DNA of 64,000 bases, from assembly GCA_001314545.1 (NCBI GenBank), contig LIHN01000019.1:192150-256149 (forward strand). The letters are read 5' to 3'. Positions 58,671 to 64,000 of the stretch are shown one piece after another (within the stretch, counting starts at the first letter, position 1; the number at the start of each line of letters is the position of its first letter). Position numbers and translations under genes: made by a program. The notes below the pieces were generated by a model that ran no database searches, was not told the DNA's origin, and was given only the letters and a program-made list of their open reading frames with translations. Source of the DNA: Bacteroidetes bacterium HLUCCA01 (GTDB lineage: Bacteria > Bacteroidota > Rhodothermia > Balneolales > HLUCCA01).

Positions 58671-58874
58671 GGTTTGCGAACGGTTAGGCAAACGATTTTT
58701 CATGTTATTCACAGCAAAATACAAATTTTGCCTGATGCCGTTGTTTGCAGCAGCCAAGCCAGACTATTATTCATACGGTTTTACATCTTTTAGTGGATGT
58801 TACCGATTTGTTAACGCAATCTAGGGAAATTACGTTTACATTTTGTAATAAATACCGATTACCAGCACCTGCTT

Positions 58875-60734
58875 ATGATGCACCCTATATTCAAAACCTT
58901 TACAACATGTACGCTGGCAATACTGATTGCCGCCTCCACACTAACGGCCAATGATTCCCCATTTCTGATGTATTACTGGTCGTTCAACAACGAGACGACG
59001 TTCACAACGCCGGATATCGGTCTGGATGGAGCCGGTCTTGAAGCACAGCTTGCGGGTTTGACCGAACTCACCACCGGTGACGGCCAGGATTTCAGCGGAC
59101 TCAACGCGCGCAACGGCGACCCCGCCGGTACCCACCTGCGATTCAACAACCCGGTTGGTTCATCACTGACTTTCAGCGTTCCGACAACAGGGTTCGAAAA
59201 TATTGTCTTCAAGTACGAAACCCGCCGATCCAACAGTGGTGCCAATACCCAGTTCATTACCTACACGCTTGACGGTCAGACGTACCAGTCGTTCCGGATT
59301 CTGGAGGTCACCACGGTTCCAACCCTGATAACCCTCGACTTTTCCAGCATAGACGGGGCCGCCAACAACCCCGACTTCGCTGTTCGATTTGAGTTTAACG
59401 ACTCCAATAATCCACCCAACCTGGCCGGAAACAACCGTTTTGATAATGTAACGGTGGAAGGTACCGCACAGGATGGCGTCAATCTGCCGCCGGTGTTGGC
59501 CAACCCATTGAACGTGCTGGAGCTGAGCGCCGGCAACCTGATCAACACCACATCGCTGGCCTCTGCAATATTCGAAGATCCTGACCAGGACCCTCTCACC
59601 TTCACCATTCAGGTGCCGCAGGGCGCTCCGTTCAGCATCAATTACCCCAATGGTCCGGACGCTGCCGGAATTCTGAGTGCGGACCAACCGGGTGAAGACA
59701 CCATCGTCATCCTGGCTGATGACGGCACCAACACGCCGGTCAGCCTGACACTGCGGGTATTGGTTTATCCTGCGCCGGCGGATCTGTCTGCCAGAGCATT
59801 CTCCTTCACCCAATGGAGTCAGGATGCACCGGGTGGCACCTATCCGGAGCACATGATTTTCCTGCAGTCAGCCATGGATGATCCGGGCGTTTATGATGAT
59901 TTACTGTATGCCTACAACCTGACTGCGGACCAATACAATGACGTTGACTTGCTGAACATCGGGTTCCCCTACCGAAATACATCCCGTACACGGATAAACG
60001 GTCTGGGCGAGCGGGGAATCAGTTTCATCAATACCGGCCGTGGTCGGGATCTGGGCGGCGCCCTGGTTTCCCTTGACACGCGGGATGTGAACCGGGCTAC
60101 ATTCGACTTCAAGGCAGGAACCGAAGAACTGAACTCCCGGGTATACGCCATGCGGGTTCAATACCGCGTTGTTCAGCAGGCATCCGAACCGGACATGCCT
60201 GCAACCTATGGAGCATGGCAGGACCTGACCCTGCCCCTCGGCGAGGCCATCGAGTATAACCGGTCGTTCCAGGGGCAGGAAAGTCAGTTCCAGGGCCTGG
60301 ACCTGCCGCCAGAAGCCCTGGGTCAGCAGGAAGTACACCTGCTTTTCCGCTATTATTTCACAGGCATTCGACTGGATGAACTCAGCGGAGCACGTGACAA
60401 GCTTAGACTGGACGATATTGAAATCGCAGACCTCACCGGCGTATCCGCTGCAGATGAAATCCACACACCCGGCGCTTTCAGCCTGGAGCAGAACTATCCC
60501 AATCCGTTCAATCCCACAACAACCATCGGCTACACGCTCAGCGAGCCGGGTCCGGTGCGTATTTCGGTGTACAACAGTATGGGGCAGCAGGTAGCGGTAC
60601 TCACCGACGCGACCATGCCGGCCGGCTCCCACCGGGTACGTTTCGATGCTTCCGGTCTGTCCAGCGGCATGTATGTGTATCGTATGGAAACCGGCGATTT
60701 TTCAGCTGTCCGAAGCATGCTTCTTATCCGTTAA
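58875..60734 (+). CDS. Secreted hypothetical protein with T9SS C-terminal sorting domain
   Basis: Signal peptide (TCTLAILIAASTLTAND). Beta-sandwich module ending NNRFDNVTVEG. Cadherin-like segment (FEDPDQDPLTFTIQVP). [19 protein letters not shown]...SGMYVYRMETGDFSAVRSMLLIR. Confidence 0.8.
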   Translation: MMHPIFKTFTTCTLAILIAASTLTANDSPFLMYYWSFNNETTFTTPDIGLDGAGLEAQLAGLTELTTGDGQDFSGLNARNGDPAGTHLRFNNPVGSSLTFSVPTTGFENIVFKYETRRSNSGANTQFITYTLDGQTYQSFRILEVTTVPTLITLDFSSIDGAANNPDFAVRFEFNDSNNPPNLAGNNRFDNVTVEGTAQDGVNLPPVLANPLNVLELSAGNLINTTSLASAIFEDPDQDPLTFTIQVPQGAPFSINYPNGPDAAGILSADQPGEDTIVILADDGTNTPVSLTLRVLVYPAPADLSARAFSFTQWSQDAPGGTYPEHMIFLQSAMDDPGVYDDLLYAYNLTADQYNDVDLLNIGFPYRNTSRTRINGLGERGISFINTGRGRDLGGALVSLDTRDVNRATFDFKAGTEELNSRVYAMRVQYRVVQQASEPDMPATYGAWQDLTLPLGEAIEYNRSFQGQESQFQGLDLPPEALGQQEVHLLFRYYFTGIRLDELSGARDKLRLDDIEIADLTGVSAADEIHTPGAFSLEQNYPNPFNPTTTIGYTLSEPGPVRISVYNSMGQQVAVLTDATMPAGSHRVRFDASGLSSGMYVYRMETGDFSAVRSMLLIR

Positions 60735-60764
60735 AAACAAAATAGACTGGTTTTCAGACAGTGC

Positions 60765-60796
60765 AGGCATCCGGTTAATTCCGGATGCCTTTTTTG
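60765..60796 (+). terminator. Rho-independent terminator after the 619-aa T9SS cargo gene
   Basis: AGGCATCCGGttaattCCGGATGCCTtttttt, a 10-bp perfect stem plus a T-run. It lies inside the over-extended track ORF 60646..62121. Confidence 0.85.
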
Positions 60797-60873
60797 TTTG
60801 TTTAAAGAACGGGCACAACCTATTTTACCCTATCATCACCACGGAATTACCATCTACAGAAAAACGCACTATC

Positions 60874-62121
60874 ATGAAACTACTGTCCCTTTTTGCCTTG
60901 ATTGCCCTGTGCGCAATGGCTTGCTCCCAACCCGCCGTAAGCCAGCAGCAACCCGAAGTCCTCAACGGGCTGGATGTACTGGAACAGAACCAATTTGCTG
61001 AGCTGGAAGGCAAGCGGGTCGGACTGATAACCAACGCAACCGGTGTGAACAAAGACCTCATCTCCAACATCGATCTGCTCCACCAGTCTGAAAATGTACA
61101 GCTCGTAGCCCTTTTCGGTCCGGAACACGGGGTACGGGGCGATATCAACGCCGGCGACTACGTTGAAACCTATATTGATGAGAAAACCGGCATCACCGTC
61201 TTCTCTGTTTACGGTGCAACCCGCAAACCCACCCAGGAGATGCTGGAAGGTATTGATGTACTGATTTACGACATTCAGGACGTAGGTTCACGCTCGTACA
61301 CCTTTATTTCCACTATGGGACTGGCGATGGAAGCTGCAGCTGAAAAAGGCATCGAGTTCATGGTCCTGGACCGACCGAACCCACTGGGAGGCAAAATCGA
61401 GGGTAACCTTACCGAGCCCGACTACATCTCCTTCGTCTCACAATTTGAAATACCCTACGTGTATGGAATGACCTCCGGTGAACTGGCCCGAATGCTCAAC
61501 GCAGAAGGAATGCTCAACGGCGGCATGCAGGTGGACCTGACCGTTATCCCCATGACCGGATGGAACCGTAGCATGAGTTTTGAAGATACCGGTCTGCCCT
61601 GGGTACCCACATCCCCGCACATACCCCATCGTCATACAGCGGTCTACTACACCGCCACCGGCATCCTCGGCGAGCTGCATACCCTCAGCGAGGGGGTTGG
61701 CTACACCATGCCTTTTGAGGTATTCGGTGCGCCCTGGATTGATGCGCAGCTCATGGCTGAACGTATGAACAATCTCGGGCTGGAGGGTATCACCTTCCGT
61801 CCGAAAACCTGGCGACCGTATTATGGCAGAAATGAGGGTGAAGTGTTGCATGGCGTTCAACTGTACATTCACGATTTTTCCAAGGTGAATATCATGAGCC
61901 TTCAGTTTCTATTCATGCAGGAACACCACGTACTACACCCTGACAAGAACCCTTTTGACACCACGCCGGCCCGTATCCGCATGTTCGACCGTGTTGCGGG
62001 GTCGAGCACCGTACGGGAGCTGTTTTCCGAGAACTTCCTGTACGCTGATGTGGAGCCGTTTTTGAACAAAGACGTGGCGTCTTTCCGCGAGCGTTCGCAG
62101 CCGTACTACCTGTATCCGTAA
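60874..62121 (+). CDS. namZ: DUF1343-family exo-beta-N-acetylmuramidase (NamZ-like), lipoprotein or secreted
   Basis: Preferred ATG 60874 (MKLLSLFALIALCAMACSQ). GLDVLEQNQFAELEGKRVGLITNATGVN, LFGPEHGVRGD, IYDIQDVGSRSYTFISTM and VLDRPNPLGG are the DUF1343 blocks I recognise. Confidence 0.8.
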   Translation: MKLLSLFALIALCAMACSQPAVSQQQPEVLNGLDVLEQNQFAELEGKRVGLITNATGVNKDLISNIDLLHQSENVQLVALFGPEHGVRGDINAGDYVETYIDEKTGITVFSVYGATRKPTQEMLEGIDVLIYDIQDVGSRSYTFISTMGLAMEAAAEKGIEFMVLDRPNPLGGKIEGNLTEPDYISFVSQFEIPYVYGMTSGELARMLNAEGMLNGGMQVDLTVIPMTGWNRSMSFEDTGLPWVPTSPHIPHRHTAVYYTATGILGELHTLSEGVGYTMPFEVFGAPWIDAQLMAERMNNLGLEGITFRPKTWRPYYGRNEGEVLHGVQLYIHDFSKVNIMSLQFLFMQEHHVLHPDKNPFDTTPARIRMFDRVAGSSTVRELFSENFLYADVEPFLNKDVASFRERSQPYYLYP

Positions 62122-62232
62122 TGTTATTGCCGGCGAGGCGGCAACACGCTGCTTCCCTGAGATCGACCATCACTATCAATCCGAATTACCGCAGGCCGCT
62201 CAGACAACCGGGGCCTGCCCAAATCCTTTGCC

Positions 62233-64000
62233 ATGGCAGATCATAAAAAAAGCACCAACCCCTGGTCGTGGATACCCACCCTGTACTTCGCGCAAGGCAT
62301 CCCCTACGTGGTGGTCATGCTGGTTTCGGTTATTATGTACAAGCGACTGGGTATATCCAACGCCGAAATCGCCCTGTATACCAGCTGGCTATACCTGCCC
62401 TGGGTCATCAAACCGCTATGGAGTCCGCTTGTTGACCTGGTAAAAACCAAACGCTGGTGGGTGGTCACCATGCAGTTACTGGTGGGTGCCGGCCTTGCCG
62501 GGGTAGCTTTTTCCATTCCCGCACCCAACTTTTTTCAGTGGAGTCTTGCCTTCATGTGGCTGCTGGCCTTCAGCTCTGCCACACACGATATTGCCGCGGA
62601 CGGGCTGTATATGCTGGCGCTTTCCAAGCATAAACAAGCCTGGTTCGTGGGTGTTCGAAGCACCTTTTACCGCATCGCGATGATCACCGGTCAGGGACTC
62701 CTGATCATCTTTGCCGGGTATATTGAGTCGACCACCGGACTGGATACCGTTGAAATCGACGTCCAGACAACACAGACTGCATGGACGGCTCAACCCCACC
62801 CGTCTGAGCTGCAGATTACCTCCCAGGAGGGCCCTCTCCGGATCATTACATATCCCGATGCATTGGAGCTGAGTGTAGACCGCGTTCCCCGGGAACTGGC
62901 CGATTCCGTGCTCAGTGTGGCCCGCGACTGGAACGTACGGGGCAATTTCTATCAGATTGACGGCATGGAAGCCGGAGACGGACAGGAAGGCCTGCAGCAA
63001 ACCACACAGGCAGCACAGCAAGGATGGTGGTCCAGGCTGGTTGCTGTGCCCCTGGAAGACTTTCTGCAGCGATTTGCGCCGGAAACCGAGCCCCTGCGCG
63101 ATGACGGGATGACGGGCAATGTCGGCATCGTCTACCTGTACCTGTCCGGCGAACCGGCTGAAGGCGAAGAAATTGTCATTAATTTCGGTCGCGAAGCCGG
63201 TGACAACAGCATATCGTTGGTCGAGGGGGACCGCTTTGTATTCAACAGCAGCAACTGGAACACCCCGGCCATGGCCGTCATCCAGCTGGACAGCAAACTG
63301 GATTTCACCACCCAGGCCACCTTCCGCGGTCGGGCCGGAAACATCCCGCTGGCCTGGTCTATCACCTTCATGCTGCTCACCGGCATGTTCATCTTCTTTT
63401 TCCTGTATCACCGGTTTGTGTTGCCCCGTCCCGACTCGGACAAACCCGGGGTACGCTCGGCCGATCAAAGTATTTTTACCGAGTTTTTCCGCACCTTTGC
63501 ACTGTTTTTCAAACAAAAACAGATTGGTATCGTCCTGCTGTTTCTGCTGTTCTACCGCTTCGGCGAGGCCCAGCTGGTCAAACTGGCCTCGCCCTTCCTG
63601 CTGGACGCCCAGGAAGCCGGCGGACTGGCACTTACCACCGGTGAAGTAGGCTTTGTGTACGGAACCGTCGGGATTCTGGCCCTGACTGCCGGGGGGATTA
63701 TCGGCGGGATTCTGGCCGCCCGTCACGGACTCCGGTTCTGGTTGTGGCCCATGGTTATTGCCATCAACCTGCCCAATGCGGTCTACATCTACCTGGCCTA
63801 TGCCATGCCTGACAGCTTCCTGATTATCAATCTGGCTGTACTGATAGAACAATTTGGGTACGGATTCGGCTTCACGGCGTATATGCTTTACATGATTTAC
63901 GTGTCGGAAGGCGAGCATAAAACAGCGCATTTTGCCATTACCACCGGATTCATGGCCCTGGGTATGATGATTCCGGGGATGTTCAGCGGATGGATACAGG
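62233..64000 (+). CDS. ampG: AmpG-like MFS muropeptide permease with a ~200-aa insertion; 3' end beyond the window. Not in the supplied ORF track
   Basis: My own translation from ATG 62233 is stop-free to nt 64000. It reads MADHKKSTNPWSWIPTLYFAQGIPYVVVMLVSVIMYKRLGISNAEIALYTSWLYLPWVIKPLWSPLVD...LAFSSATHDIAADGLYM...FYRFGEAQLVKLASPFLLD...HKTAHFAITTGFMALGMMIPGMFSGWIQ. The only long track ORF here is the antisense 62476..63930, which I reject. Confidence 0.8.
   Translation, partial: MADHKKSTNPWSWIPTLYFAQGIPYVVVMLVSVIMYKRLGISNAEIALYTSWLYLPWVIKPLWSPLVDLVKTKRWWVVTMQLLVGAGLAGVAFSIPAPNFFQWSLAFMWLLAFSSATHDIAADGLYMLALSKHKQAWFVGVRSTFYRIAMITGQGLLIIFAGYIESTTGLDTVEIDVQTTQTAWTAQPHPSELQITSQEGPLRIITYPDALELSVDRVPRELADSVLSVARDWNVRGNFYQIDGMEAGDGQEGLQQTTQAAQQGWWSRLVAVPLEDFLQRFAPETEPLRDDGMTGNVGIVYLYLSGEPAEGEEIVINFGREAGDNSISLVEGDRFVFNSSNWNTPAMAVIQLDSKLDFTTQATFRGRAGNIPLAWSITFMLLTGMFIFFFLYHRFVLPRPDSDKPGVRSADQSIFTEFFRTFALFFKQKQIGIVLLFLLFYRFGEAQLVKLASPFLLDAQEAGGLALTTGEVGFVYGTVGILALTAGGIIGGILAARHGLRFWLWPMVIAINLPNAVYIYLAYAMPDSFLIINLAVLIEQFGYGFGFTAYMLYMIYVSEGEHKTAHFAITTGFMALGMMIPGMFSGWIQ

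Noticed and set aside
59163-60632. 229-aa and 243-aa minus-strand ORFs
   Set aside because: They are antisense to the 619-aa T9SS cargo gene.
62476-63930. 484-aa ORF on the minus strand
   Set aside because: It is antisense to the AmpG-like gene that I translated directly. Its product is Gly/Gln/Pro/Arg-rich with no TM or domain pattern, which is typical of stop-poor antisense frames.

Overview
Gene-dense 64-kb chromosomal segment with about 50 CDS on both strands. It looks like core genome of an FCB-group bacterium (Bacteroidota / Balneolota / Rhodothermota-like). This placement is inferred from three T9SS-type C-terminal sorting domains ([10 protein letters not shown]...), a bshB1-like gene and Shine-Dalgarno-poor starts. 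I found no rRNA, tRNA, CRISPR array, transposase, integrase or obvious prophage or defence island by eye. All product names come from motif and family recognition of the translated ORFs, since no searches could be run.

Gene content in order:
- A CHAT-domain protein 3' fragment, a membrane TPR protein and a single-domain response regulator.
- A K+ locus: a 2TM/2xRCK channel divergent from trkA-trkH.
- FKBP PPIase and pgk.
- iscS/nifS-like, LOG and bshB1.
- An HGSNAT-like membrane acetyltransferase with a GH84 beta-N-acetylglucosaminidase.
- An IMPase-family gene, dnaG and sucD.
- A tight operon of two DUF1538-like membrane paralogs plus a fused double P-II-like protein. This is the most interesting unexplained unit.
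- A DtxR/MntR-family regulator, hisF and gltB.
- A receiver-hisI-hisE operon on the opposite strand.
- gap and pruA.
- An ankyrin-repeat protein with an acidic tail.
- The IHF/HU-ruvX-def-fmt operon and relA/spoT.
- Two giant paralogous T9SS cargo proteins.
- M29 aminopeptidase, an orphan ABC ATPase and an acidic hypothetical protein.
- Acyl-CoA carboxyltransferase and rarA.
- amt plus a porin, and an FMN reductase.
- crtY-blh (retinal synthesis).
- An OmpR-type two-component system and a third T9SS cargo.
- namZ (DUF1343) and an ampG-like MFS gene. The ampG-like gene runs off the 3' end of the window and is absent from the supplied ORF track.

Several track ORFs have over-extended 5' ends, and I give preferred starts. 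Many long antisense ORFs are judged spurious.
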